From an uncultured bacterium (GTDB lineage Bacteria; Babelota; Babeliae; Babelales; Babelaceae): a DNA stretch of 64,000 bases. How positions within the stretch are numbered: position 1 is the stretch's first letter; every line of letters starts with the position of its first letter. The stretch lies in NCBI GenBank assembly GCA_963819815.1, contig CAWFXL010000001.1:1540642-1604641 (forward strand), read 5' to 3'. The notes under the pieces are model-generated. The model was not told the origin of the DNA, did no database searches, and saw nothing but the letters and a program-made list of their open reading frames with translations. Positions 20,322 through 30,193 of the stretch are shown piece after piece. The position numbers and the translations under genes were made by a program.

Positions 20322-21971
20322 TTACATTTTTTCAGGAGCACTGATTCCCAATAAATCGAAGCATGTTTTGAGGGTATGCTCAACAAGTTCAATAAGTATG
20401 AGACGTGCTCTGCTTTGTGCGACCTGATCGGTATCGATTACTTTGTTATGGGTGTAGTAGGCATGGAATGCCTGCGCAAGTTCTATCGTATAGTAAGCTA
20501 GCTGATGAGTTTGATAACTCTGCTGGATGCTTTCAAGGTGCTCCTTGAGTGATGCGATTTTCTTAAGAAGGAGCTGATCTGCAGGTTGAAGATTGTGTAT
20601 ATCTTCCGCTGATAGCTTATGGAATAGCTCGTGCTGGAGTGCTTTTTCACGGATGCTTTTTATTCGAACATAGGCATATTGTATATAATAGACCGGATTT
20701 TCATCGGTGTGCTTGAGTGCTAAATCAAGATCAAAATCAAGATGGGCATCCGCTTTTTTATGCAGATAAAAAAAGCGTGCAACGTCAGTTCCTACTGTTT
20801 TAATAATATCTTCAAGGTTGACTATACGCCCTGCTCGTTTAGAGAGCTTCAGTGCGAGCCCGCTTTCTTTGACGGTTACTAATTGGTACAAGATCACATC
20901 TAATCGTTTTGGATCATAGCCAAGGACCTGCATAACCACTTTAAGTCTCGTAACATAGCTATGATGATCTTGCCCAAGCACGAAGATAAGATGATCAAAT
21001 CCTCGAGCCACTTTGTCTTGTACATAGGCAATATCGGCAGCAATGTAGGTGAGCTCGCCCGTCTTTTTTCTGACCACACGATCTTTATCATCACCAAAAG
21101 TAGTTGATCGTAACCAGACGGTACCATCTTCTGTATAGAGGTACCCTGATGAGGTAAGCTGCTCAAGAACCTGATCTATGGCGCCGGTATCATGAAGAGT
21201 TTTTTCTGAAAACCATATATCGAAGGTAATACCATACTCAGCAAGGGTAGTAGTAATATTTTTAAGAAGATGCTCTTTTGCATAGGAGCTAAAAAACTCA
21301 TCAGTCTTTGAGAGAAGCTCAGTTCCATACGTATCATAACACTCTTGTGCTAATGCCACTAAATATTCTCCTTGATAGCCATCTTCAGGAACTGCCATGT
21401 CATAGCCTGATACTTGCATGCAGCGTGCTTTAAATGAGAGACCAAGTTTGTGTATCTGGGCACCCGCATCGTTGACATAAAACTCTTTAACTACGGTGTG
21501 GCCAAGAAATGAGAGAATTCGTGAAAGGACATCACCAATGATGCCGCCGCGTCCATGCCCCACATGTAAAGGACCGGTAGGGTTAGCACTGACAAACTCA
21601 ACGGAGTAGGACTGCTTAGGAGCTGGATTGCGAGAAAAAAAGAGTGCTCTGTCTTCATACAGCTCTGTTGCGAGCTTCTTGAAAGCCTCTGGTGAAAGAA
21701 AGATATTCAAAAAGCCAGGACCTGCTATGTCTGCCCGCTCGATGTACGGATGTTTGAGTGCAGTGAGAATCTTTTGAGCAACAGCGCGAGGATTTTCGCC
21801 AAGCTCTTTGGCTATGATTAGAGCAGCATTTGAACTCAGGTCACCAAATTCAGACTTCTGCTTATCGGTATTAATCGTGAGCTGAGCTTTTTTAATGAGT
21901 TGAGCCTGGCTGCTAAAAAGGCTCTGTAGCGTATCGTGTAGGTGTTGACCGATCGTTTCGATGACATTCAT
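20322..21971 (-). CDS. argS: Arginyl-tRNA synthetase
   Basis: FGDLSSN, AGPGFLNI, EFVSANPTGPLHVGHGR, KLSKRAG, YIQYAYVRI, LGISAPEKM. Confidence 0.98.
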   Translation of the reverse strand: MNVIETIGQHLHDTLQSLFSSQAQLIKKAQLTINTDKQKSEFGDLSSNAALIIAKELGENPRAVAQKILTALKHPYIERADIAGPGFLNIFLSPEAFKKLATELYEDRALFFSRNPAPKQSYSVEFVSANPTGPLHVGHGRGGIIGDVLSRILSFLGHTVVKEFYVNDAGAQIHKLGLSFKARCMQVSGYDMAVPEDGYQGEYLVALAQECYDTYGTELLSKTDEFFSSYAKEHLLKNITTTLAEYGITFDIWFSEKTLHDTGAIDQVLEQLTSSGYLYTEDGTVWLRSTTFGDDKDRVVRKKTGELTYIAADIAYVQDKVARGFDHLIFVLGQDHHSYVTRLKVVMQVLGYDPKRLDVILYQLVTVKESGLALKLSKRAGRIVNLEDIIKTVGTDVARFFYLHKKADAHLDFDLDLALKHTDENPVYYIQYAYVRIKSIREKALQHELFHKLSAEDIHNLQPADQLLLKKIASLKEHLESIQQSYQTHQLAYYTIELAQAFHAYYTHNKVIDTDQVAQSRARLILIELVEHTLKTCFDLLGISAPEKM

Positions 21972-22136
21972 AGCATTTTCCTTTTGAATGGTACCTCTTA
22001 AGTGTATCGGTATTTATGCACTGGAGCAAGTGAACGTCTCTTTAAAACTTGGCTCATGCTCTTGTGTATGGTACAGTAGCGTACCATCTATGATGCTCAC
22101 GTGTGCATGCAAAGGGATGGTTAGAGAAGGTGCGGC

Positions 22137-24617
22137 ATGAACTCACAATCATTATCATTTACGAATAAACCTACGCAACAGCTTGAGAAAGAGTTAGCAA
22201 CCTCCTCGGTACAAGGACTCTCACAGAAGCAGGTTGACGCACTTAAAAAAACAGTTGGGCTCAATGTTCTTGCAACGAGACAACTTAAGTGGCCTACGTT
22301 ATTGCTCCGCCAATTTACTTCAATGTTTATTCTGCTGCTCATAGCATCGGCCATAGCCCTATTTTTCCTTGAAAGCAAAATTAACGCCCTGATTATCCTT
22401 GGCATCGTACTCGTAAATGGGCTCCTCACCTTTTTTCAAGAGTATAGGGCTTCGCGAGCACTTGAGCTGCTTAAACAACATTTACAACTTATTTGCCCTA
22501 CTATTCGTGATGGAGAGGTGCATCTTATCCCTCATGATGCCTTATTACCGGGCGATCTTGTTATCCTTGAGCAGGGTAACTACGTACCTGCAGATGTGAG
22601 GATTATCTCTGGAAAGCTGCGCATTGATGAATCCTTACTTACCGGTGAGTCTACTCATAGTGAAAAAACGAGTGAGGTACTTCCAGCCGTTGCAAAAGAT
22701 ATTTACGAAGCGCGCAATATCGCCTTTTTCGGTACGATTATTGCCCAAGGCACTGCTCGCGGTATCGTGATTGAAACAGGTCCCCAGACTATATTTGGCG
22801 AGGTTAGCAGAGAAACCCTTGAGAATTTCCAGCAAAGCGGCTTTCAAGAGCGGCTCAATTCGTTGAGTCGATTTCTCTTAATTGTTGTGGGCTTAACACT
22901 TCCGTGCGTAATCTTTTCTCATCTCCTGGTAAAAGGGTGGGATACCGATCTTCTTGAGTTATTTATCTTCGCTATCGCCTTGGTTATTGGATTGACTCCT
23001 GAAATGTTACCGACGGTAACTACCTTTGCTCTTTCAAAAGGAGCAGTATTATTGGCTCAGCATAATGTCATTGTAAAAAGACTCTCAGCTATTGAAGATA
23101 TAGGAAGCATTACGATGCTTCTTACCGATAAAACGGGTACCCTGACAGAAAATAAACTTGCCGTTGCCTCATGGTATGAACAGCCTGGAGTACCCTTACG
23201 CCAATTTGCCCAGCTGATCTCTCGCCATCCTTTAACTGATGCCTTTGACCATGCGACCTTGTTGGCACTTGCATCTGCCGAGAAAGATACAGGACAGTAC
23301 AAGGTGCTCGATGAGCAACCTTTTGATCCTGAAAAAAGAACGAGTGCGCTGCTCGTTGAACAAAAGGGCGTTACTACGCTTATCGTGAGGGGCACGGTTG
23401 AAGAGACCTGTCCTCAGGACATTACTCCTGAAGCACAATCTTGGATAGCAACCCAAACGTCTCAAGGTAACCGAATACTTGCCTTTGGCTATAGAGAGCA
23501 GGCAAAAGTACTTGCTGACAGGCCGCTCAAATTAGCCGGCTTTATTGCCTATACAGATCCCATAAAAACGACTGCAGCCCCAGCACTTATGAAAGCCCGT
23601 AAATTAGGCATAGGCATTAAGGTGGTTACGGGAGATAGCAAAGAAGTAGGTGGTTATGTTGCGAAGATGATCGGTCTTTCAGATACGTTAGATTGTGCCA
23701 TCTCAGGAGCTGAATTTGAGGAGCTTTCTGATGAGCAGAAAAAAGAGGCCTTGGGGCGCTATGTGGTGTTTGCGCGCTTTTTACCAGCACAAAAGTATGA
23801 ACTTGTGGAACTCTTTCGTAAACAATATACCGTGGGGTTTTTAGGGGATGGTATCAATGATGCACCTGCACTCAAGGCTGCTCATGTGGGTATTGTCGTA
23901 CAAACAGGAAGTGATCTTGCAAAAGATGCTGCTGATATTATTATGTTACGAAAGAGCCTCTTTGATGTGGTGTATGGTATTGGGATTGGACGTAATATCT
24001 TTGCTAATACCATAAAATATATTACCACTTCGATCTCTTCCAACTTTGGAAACTTTTATTCACTTGCCATAGCTTCGCTCTTTTTAGATTTCTTACCACT
24101 TCTTCCACGACAAATTCTTTTGGTGAACATGCTCTCAGACTTTCCTATGGTGGCTATTGCGAGTGATACGGTAGATTTTGAGGAATTAAACCATCCGCCA
24201 CGATTTGTCATGAAAGATATTGCCTTAAGCTCTATCATATTTGGCCTGACCGGCTCACTCTTTGATTTTATATTCTTTTCTTTCTTTTATACCTTTCCAG
24301 CTGCCCGTCTGCAAACTGCTTGGTTCATTGAGAGTATCCTCACGGAAATTGTCATTATCTACTCGTTACGTACACGGCTTCCTTTTTATAAAGCGCGACG
24401 TCCTTCAGGTGTTCTCATATCACTGAGCCTCTTAGTTGTGTTCATTACAATAGCCTTACCGATGCTTCCCATCGGCAGGTTTTTCCATTTTGCCCAACCT
24501 CCGCTACGGGATATTCTCGTGATTGGGGGGGTAGTACTCGGTTATTTCCTTGCAAATGATGCGATAAAATTAGCTTACTATAGGACCATCCAGGCAGTCT
24601 ATCCATCCAAGAGCTGA
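22137..24617 (+). CDS. mgtA: P-type ATPase, Mg2+-transporting type
   Basis: TGES, GLTPEMLP, DKTGTLT, GDGINDAPAL, SSNFGN and WFIES are MgtA/B-type motifs. Confidence 0.85.
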   Translation: MNSQSLSFTNKPTQQLEKELATSSVQGLSQKQVDALKKTVGLNVLATRQLKWPTLLLRQFTSMFILLLIASAIALFFLESKINALIILGIVLVNGLLTFFQEYRASRALELLKQHLQLICPTIRDGEVHLIPHDALLPGDLVILEQGNYVPADVRIISGKLRIDESLLTGESTHSEKTSEVLPAVAKDIYEARNIAFFGTIIAQGTARGIVIETGPQTIFGEVSRETLENFQQSGFQERLNSLSRFLLIVVGLTLPCVIFSHLLVKGWDTDLLELFIFAIALVIGLTPEMLPTVTTFALSKGAVLLAQHNVIVKRLSAIEDIGSITMLLTDKTGTLTENKLAVASWYEQPGVPLRQFAQLISRHPLTDAFDHATLLALASAEKDTGQYKVLDEQPFDPEKRTSALLVEQKGVTTLIVRGTVEETCPQDITPEAQSWIATQTSQGNRILAFGYREQAKVLADRPLKLAGFIAYTDPIKTTAAPALMKARKLGIGIKVVTGDSKEVGGYVAKMIGLSDTLDCAISGAEFEELSDEQKKEALGRYVVFARFLPAQKYELVELFRKQYTVGFLGDGINDAPALKAAHVGIVVQTGSDLAKDAADIIMLRKSLFDVVYGIGIGRNIFANTIKYITTSISSNFGNFYSLAIASLFLDFLPLLPRQILLVNMLSDFPMVAIASDTVDFEELNHPPRFVMKDIALSSIIFGLTGSLFDFIFFSFFYTFPAARLQTAWFIESILTEIVIIYSLRTRLPFYKARRPSGVLISLSLLVVFITIALPMLPIGRFFHFAQPPLRDILVIGGVVLGYFLANDAIKLAYYRTIQAVYPSKS

Positions 24618-24643
24618 GAAGAGTCTATTGGTACGGTTTATTT

Positions 24644-26086
24644 CTAAATTCTTTTAAAGAGGTCTTTTAACGTAACAACACCCGTGATCATTTTTTCGCT
24701 ATAGATATTCTTCTTAACACCGCTAGCGCTAACCATAGCAAGAAATAGTTGTTTTTTAGAACCGGTTTGCTGCTGAAAGATTTTGAGTACGTTTTCGAGC
24801 TTCTCAGCATAACGCTTATCGATAATAAATGGCTCTTCGGTATATTTTATCTCGCACAGAGTAAGAGCATTGTCAGTTCTATCAATAATTAAATCGACCT
24901 GAGCACCATGCTCATTAACATTTGTTGGTACATAGCGCCACCAACCATAATACAGGGCCGGTTCGATATCGAGTACATCAAGTATAGTATCGATATGCTT
25001 CATACAAACTGCTTCGAAGGCATATCCTGACCAGGCGTAATAAGCTGGCTTTTGACTTTGCTTAAGCCAGTGCTGTGGCACAGCCTTTCTTCGACCATCT
25101 TGCGCGACCCATCTAAGATAAAATAAAGAAAATTCATCAATTACCCGATAGAATTCTCCCTGTTTTTTCTCCCACGAGAGGGCAGGTTCAATAAATCCTG
25201 CAGCACTTAAATCACGCAATCTTTGAGTAAGTCTCCCCCCGCCTCCTTCAGGAGTTTTCGTTTTCTTAGCCAAATCAGCTCTTTCAACGCCATCTTTTTT
25301 TTCAGCCAAAATTTTTATTATTTCCTTGTAGGGTTCAGCATCGTTAAATAATGATTCAAAGAGTTTATCAAACTCTCCTAGCAAGGGAGAGATGGGGTCA
25401 AAGAAAAGTTTCTGAATTGTTTGGTGTGCGCTTTTCCCCCGATCTACATAATTGAGATAATAAGGAACCCCTCCAACAGCCATATAGAGCGATAACACCT
25501 GACTTTCGTTTAACGGCACTCCCTTATTTTCAAGAAACTCTTTGGTTTCAGATAAGCTAAATGGGTTAAGCTTAATCTCTACGGTCGTTCGATTGTGGAG
25601 ACCTCCTGTGTTAAACAAAATTTTTTGTATGATCCAGGATGCGGAAGAGCCGCATACAATTAATATAACATTGTGCATCTTGGACCAATAATGGTTCCAG
25701 TAATAATCTATTTCTTGTATCAGCCGGGATCTTTTTGCTGCTAACCAGGGAAGCTCATCCAAAAAAATGACAACTTTCCCCTCATTCTTAAGAATTTGTT
25801 CGTGTAGAAACCGAAATGCCAGAAACCAGTTAGCTGCAGGGATTAATGGAGCTCGCTCAAAAAAAGTATCCGATAATGCCTGGTAAAAGCCCTCAAGTTG
25901 CCGTTGCATATTTCCATGCTGAAGACCCGTCACCTCAAAGAAACGACACTCCTTTTGGCTAAAGAATTGACGGATAAGAAATGTCTTTCCTATGCGCCGA
26001 CGCCCGTACATCGTAATAAATTGCGCCTTATCCGATTCAAAAGCCTTTTCAAGAAGCTTCCGCTCTTTTTTTCTGCCAACAATCAT
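24644..26086 (-). CDS. Archaeal-type AAA ATPase with wHTH and C-terminal PD-(D/E)xK-like (DUF234-like) domain
   Basis: MIVGR..E, YGRRRIGKT, IFLDELPW, CGSSASW, GGVPYYL, and C-terminal QVDLII...CEIK. Confidence 0.85.
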   Translation of the reverse strand: MIVGRKKERKLLEKAFESDKAQFITMYGRRRIGKTFLIRQFFSQKECRFFEVTGLQHGNMQRQLEGFYQALSDTFFERAPLIPAANWFLAFRFLHEQILKNEGKVVIFLDELPWLAAKRSRLIQEIDYYWNHYWSKMHNVILIVCGSSASWIIQKILFNTGGLHNRTTVEIKLNPFSLSETKEFLENKGVPLNESQVLSLYMAVGGVPYYLNYVDRGKSAHQTIQKLFFDPISPLLGEFDKLFESLFNDAEPYKEIIKILAEKKDGVERADLAKKTKTPEGGGGRLTQRLRDLSAAGFIEPALSWEKKQGEFYRVIDEFSLFYLRWVAQDGRRKAVPQHWLKQSQKPAYYAWSGYAFEAVCMKHIDTILDVLDIEPALYYGWWRYVPTNVNEHGAQVDLIIDRTDNALTLCEIKYTEEPFIIDKRYAEKLENVLKIFQQQTGSKKQLFLAMVSASGVKKNIYSEKMITGVVTLKDLFKRI

Positions 26087-26149
26087 TGCACACTCCTCAA
26101 CATGCTCAGTGGTTGAAGGATAAAGAAATCTCAAGGTGTAGTCAAGGGA

Positions 26150-26312
26150 AAACTAGGACAAATATAAAAAATTATAATTGTCCTAGTTTAAAAAATCGTG
26201 AGAAAATAGGGACTTAGATTCTTTATAAATGGCTTACTAGTAAGGGTTTTTAAAGATATGCGATCCGCTCCTCTTTGGGGACAAATATAAAAAATTATAA
26301 TTGTCCTAGTTT
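26150..26312. promoter_or_regulatory. Duplicated palindromic operator-like element
   Basis: AAACTAGGACAA-N16-TTGTCCTAGTTT at 26150-26189. The 34 bp at 26156-26189 are repeated exactly at 26279-26312. Confidence 0.65.
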
Positions 26313-26731
26313 CGAATCGCGTGCTTGTGATTTTTAAATATGCGATCCAAAGTACACATCAGATTTTTCATAGGTGTTATAGGCCCATCTGAAGGGATTT
26401 TTAACATAAGGCTTCGAAGGAGGCTGCAACTCTTTTGGATTGCGGAGGAAGATTAGAATAAGGGATACTTTACGACGATAATTACGCTCATACTGGAGAA
26501 GAAAGACGGTGCTCGCAGGTTTTTTTTATGTGTGTAGTGGGTTTATGGTTGGTAATGAATACCAGCTATAGAGAATGATTTTGCGCGCCAGGAGTAAATC
26601 GCGAATGTGGTTCTTTTTTTTAGTGTCTGTGTTATGATACTAGCCATAGAAGCATCGTGCCAATTGGTAATGGGTACAGCTGTAGTAACAAATACAAACG
26701 ACATAAACTCTGCAAGGCCTTAAGGTTAAAC

Positions 26732-27289
26732 TTGAAGTTAGTCCCAAAATCTTTTTACTTTGTGCGTCATGGCCAAACGGATTGGAACAGAGAGAATCGT
26801 TTACAAGGCCAGATAGATATTCCACTGAACGATACGGGCAGAGCGCAAGCTGAAACATTGCAGCCTTTAGTGACCAAGCTAGATATTACGCATGTGTTTT
26901 ATAGTCCACTTTTACGTGCACAAGAAACTATGCATATTGCTTGTAAAGATTTGAGCGTTCCAAAGGTTGCATTAGAAGAGCTTAAGGAGCGCCATTTTGG
27001 GCAATGGGAGGGGACTGTTTGGGATCAGGACAAAAAAAATATACTGTTTCATCTTGCTGTTCCTGAAAATGGTGAGACATACCCAATCTTTCATGAGCGC
27101 GTGATTGGCGGTGTCAATACTGTACTTGGGAATATTGAAGGTCAAGTGTTGTTTATAGGGCATGGTGGTAGCTTTCGAGCGTTCTGTAGAGCGATTGAGA
27201 CAACCTACGACTCAGCTCACAATTGCGGACTCTTCTATTTTATAGCACCTGGTGAGAATGATGACCAATGGCGCATCATTGAATTGTAA
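26732..27289 (+). CDS. Histidine phosphatase (phosphoglycerate mutase family)
   Basis: FVRHGQTDWN, SPLLRAQET, ERHFGQWEG, IGHGG. Start uncertain (TTG 26732 or GTG 26657). Confidence 0.88.
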   Translation: MKLVPKSFYFVRHGQTDWNRENRLQGQIDIPLNDTGRAQAETLQPLVTKLDITHVFYSPLLRAQETMHIACKDLSVPKVALEELKERHFGQWEGTVWDQDKKNILFHLAVPENGETYPIFHERVIGGVNTVLGNIEGQVLFIGHGGSFRAFCRAIETTYDSAHNCGLFYFIAPGENDDQWRIIEL

Positions 27290-27519
27290 TTATTGGCTTC
27301 TACAGTAAACAGAAGCAGAAGCTCGTATTACTGTAGGACTGAACACCCGTACAAAAGCATTTTTTCACACTCCCTCTGAGCCTTGGGGTCAACTTATAGT
27401 GCCCTGTCGTAGCCTTGCGAGGTAGCCATAGTGCAAAAAGCTGAAAATTTGTTAGAATAGAAGAGCCTATGAGCTCGTTGGAAAGATTATAGAGAGATAG
27501 TGGCAGTGGGAAGAATGCA

Positions 27520-28587
27520 ATGAAAAAAGAATGTGCCGTATTAGTTTCTGGAGGGGTTGATAGCTCTGTTGCTTTACGCTTAGTGCAAGAGCAGGGGTAT
27601 ACTCCTACTGCCTTCTACTTGAAAATCTGGCTTGAAGATGAGCTCTCTCATCTGGGCAGCTGCCCTTGGCAAGAGGATCTTGCTTATGTGGAAGCTGTAT
27701 GTGCCCAGGCAAAGGTTCCTCTACAGGTCATATCTCTTCAAAAAGAATACTGGGATAGGGTTGTTGCGCATACGGTTTCTGAAATTAAGGCGGGACGTAC
27801 CCCCAATCCTGATATTCTTTGTAACCAGCGCGTGAAATTCGGAGCATTTTACGAGTATTTAGATCCGCGCTTTCAATATGTGGCTACGGGCCATTATGCG
27901 CGCGTTATCAGAGACTCTAACCATAGTGAACTTCATACTACTGATGATCCGATAAAAGATCAGACCTATTTTTTATCCCATCTGAGCCAAGCACAGCTAT
28001 CTCGCGTCTTGTTTCCCTTAGGAGACCTTACGAAAGCCTCAGTACGTGAGCTTGCAGCACAGTATGATTTACCGAATAAAGATCGTAAGGATAGTCAGGG
28101 CATCTGCTTTCTTGGCAAGCTCAAGTTTCCCGAGTTTGTGAAACATCATATGGGGGAGCAAGAGGGAGCGTTCATTGAGTTTGAAACTGGTAAGCAGGTA
28201 GGAACGCATAAAGGATTTTGGTTCTATACAATAGGCCAGCGGCAAGGAATGGGTTTAAGTGGTGGACCGTGGTATGTCGTTGCAAAACGTACTGAGGATA
28301 ATATCGTCTACATTTCCCGGGACTACTATACGGACGAAAAAATGCGTGATACATTTGTGCTATCCGGATGTAACTGGATTGCGGGTGCCCCAGAAAAGGC
28401 TACCCTTCGGGTAAAGTTGCGTCATGGGCCACATTTTAATAGCGCGTCACTTGAAAAGTATGGTGATGATTCATACTTGGTGAAGCTCGCAGAACGGGAC
28501 CAAGGTCTTGCTGAAGGGCAATATGCTGTATTTTATGAGGGAACAAAATGTTTAGGTGGAGGAGTTATTAAGCGATATGAAGGCTAA
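27520..28587 (+). CDS. mnmA: tRNA 2-thiouridylase MnmA
   Basis: SGGVDSSV, TPNPDILCN, ATGHYA, KDQTYFL, DSQGICF, YTIGQR. Confidence 0.97.
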   Translation: MKKECAVLVSGGVDSSVALRLVQEQGYTPTAFYLKIWLEDELSHLGSCPWQEDLAYVEAVCAQAKVPLQVISLQKEYWDRVVAHTVSEIKAGRTPNPDILCNQRVKFGAFYEYLDPRFQYVATGHYARVIRDSNHSELHTTDDPIKDQTYFLSHLSQAQLSRVLFPLGDLTKASVRELAAQYDLPNKDRKDSQGICFLGKLKFPEFVKHHMGEQEGAFIEFETGKQVGTHKGFWFYTIGQRQGMGLSGGPWYVVAKRTEDNIVYISRDYYTDEKMRDTFVLSGCNWIAGAPEKATLRVKLRHGPHFNSASLEKYGDDSYLVKLAERDQGLAEGQYAVFYEGTKCLGGGVIKRYEG

Positions 28588-29143
28588 CTTTCTTGTAGGG
28601 ATATCCCTAGCTACATATTTTACACTCTTGCGTCTCTTTTTCATCCCTTGCATGCTTGCAAGTATGATTGGTGGGGCATGGATTATGGCGACCGTATTTT
28701 TCGTATTGGCTTCGATTACGGATGTAGTTGACGGAATACTTGCCCGCGCACTCAATGAGGTTACCTGGTTAGGAACTATACTTGATCCCTTGGTTGATAA
28801 ACTAATGCTTATTACCATCTATGCAGGCCTTGTCTTTGGAAGTTTTATTCCCGTGAGTGTTCCTGTTTGGTTCTTAGCGCTTGTTATAGTTCATGAGATG
28901 CTTCTCATGATCGGTGCTGCATATTGGTCTCTTTTTAGACAGGAGATTGCCATTAGTCCCTCTCGTCTTGCAAAACTTCTTGGCTTTGGGCAGTTTTTGT
29001 TTATTCTTTGGGCACTCTTAGCTGGCTTTACCGGAACTATCTCAACAACGCTGTTCTATCAGGTCCTTATGCTTATTGCGATGGCTCGAATCTGTTTGCT
29101 GATTCAATATGGGATGCTAACCTATAAGCAGGTGGCATCGTGA
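28577..29143 (+). CDS. pgsA: CDP-alcohol phosphatidyltransferase (PgsA-like)
   Basis: TDVVDGILAR...GTILDPLVDK signature and multiple TM segments. Confidence 0.85.
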   Translation: MKANFLVGISLATYFTLLRLFFIPCMLASMIGGAWIMATVFFVLASITDVVDGILARALNEVTWLGTILDPLVDKLMLITIYAGLVFGSFIPVSVPVWFLALVIVHEMLLMIGAAYWSLFRQEIAISPSRLAKLLGFGQFLFILWALLAGFTGTISTTLFYQVLMLIAMARICLLIQYGMLTYKQVAS

Positions 29144-29523
29144 ATCGGCAGACTATCGCTCTTGTCTTCGTATCGTTTCTCCTTTGTGCTTGGTGCTATG
29201 CCAAGAATGTCAATTCTAACAGCTTTATCGTGCACGAAAAACCAGCAGCGCGAAAAAACCGCCAACAAATAAAACAGGAAATTTCTGAATTAATGGGTCA
29301 ACTCGTTGAACAATCAAGTCTTTCACTTGAACGGGAAGCTCAGATCCAGCAACTGTTATGCAAAGAGGTCAGAGCGACCTATGAAGGTGCACAAGAAAGT
29401 AAGCTCAATAAAGGATCTGTGAAAGATCTTGAGCTTCTTCTGCCCGAGCTTCAAAAAGAGCTCAAAAGACGATCAGAACATCTCGCTGCGCAAAATGCAT
29501 TTTTAGCAACTTTAAAGAAATAG
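29140..29523 (+). CDS. Small exported helical hypothetical protein
   Basis: GTGA overlap with pgsA and a signal-peptide-like N-terminus. Confidence 0.7.
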   Translation: MNRQTIALVFVSFLLCAWCYAKNVNSNSFIVHEKPAARKNRQQIKQEISELMGQLVEQSSLSLEREAQIQQLLCKEVRATYEGAQESKLNKGSVKDLELLLPELQKELKRRSEHLAAQNAFLATLKK

Positions 29524-29642
29524 TGCGAATGAATTTTTACCTGAGGTTGCATAGGCTTTCATAGAGTTCCTTTTTTTTCTGAATATGTTTGCTATACTTG
29601 AAAAGAGTTTATTACTACCTCCTAACGATGAAAGGTCCAGCA

Positions 29643-30128
29643 GTGGCTAACTTTAATCGCATTATCATTATCGGTAACCTTACCCGAGATCCAGAACTTA
29701 AAATGCAGCCATCTGGTCAGGGACTCTGTAAATTAGGTATCGCTTCTAATCGTCAGTTCAGAAACAAGGCAACAGGGACGCTTACTCAAGAAGTATGTTT
29801 TGTTGATATTGCTGTGTGGGGACCACAAGCAGAAAGCTGTAAGCAATACCTTCAAAAAGGCCGACCAGTGCTCGTAGAAGGGCGCTTAAAGTTTGAAAGT
29901 TGGAAAGATACTGAGGGAAATACTCGCTCCAAGCATACTATTGTAGCTGAGAGAGTTGTCTTCCTAGGATCTCGACAAGAGTCAGAAGCGGGAGTTCCGT
30001 TTGAAACAGGTGTTACCGCAGCACGTATGGCAGAGCAAGAAGGACCTTCTTCGTATGCTCCTGCTGAAAGTACGAGTGAAGTTAAATTTATGGAAGAAGA
30101 TGCCTTTACGGATGACCTTCCTTTTTAA
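29643..30128 (+). CDS. ssb: Single-stranded DNA-binding protein
   Basis: NRIIIIGNLTRDPE, YLQKGRPVLVEGRL and C-terminal DDLPF. Start probably GTG 29643. Confidence 0.95.
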   Translation: MANFNRIIIIGNLTRDPELKMQPSGQGLCKLGIASNRQFRNKATGTLTQEVCFVDIAVWGPQAESCKQYLQKGRPVLVEGRLKFESWKDTEGNTRSKHTIVAERVVFLGSRQESEAGVPFETGVTAARMAEQEGPSSYAPAESTSEVKFMEEDAFTDDLPF

Positions 30129-30148
30129 CGTATGCACATAAAAAATGA

Positions 30149-30177
30149 GCCTCCCAAGCATTCTGTGCAAGGGAGGC
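30149..30177. terminator. Hairpin between convergent ssb and OMP-like gene
   Basis: GCCTCCC..GCA...TGC..GGGAGGC flanked by A and T tracts. Confidence 0.55.
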
Positions 30178-30193
30178 AATTTTATTCAATGGT

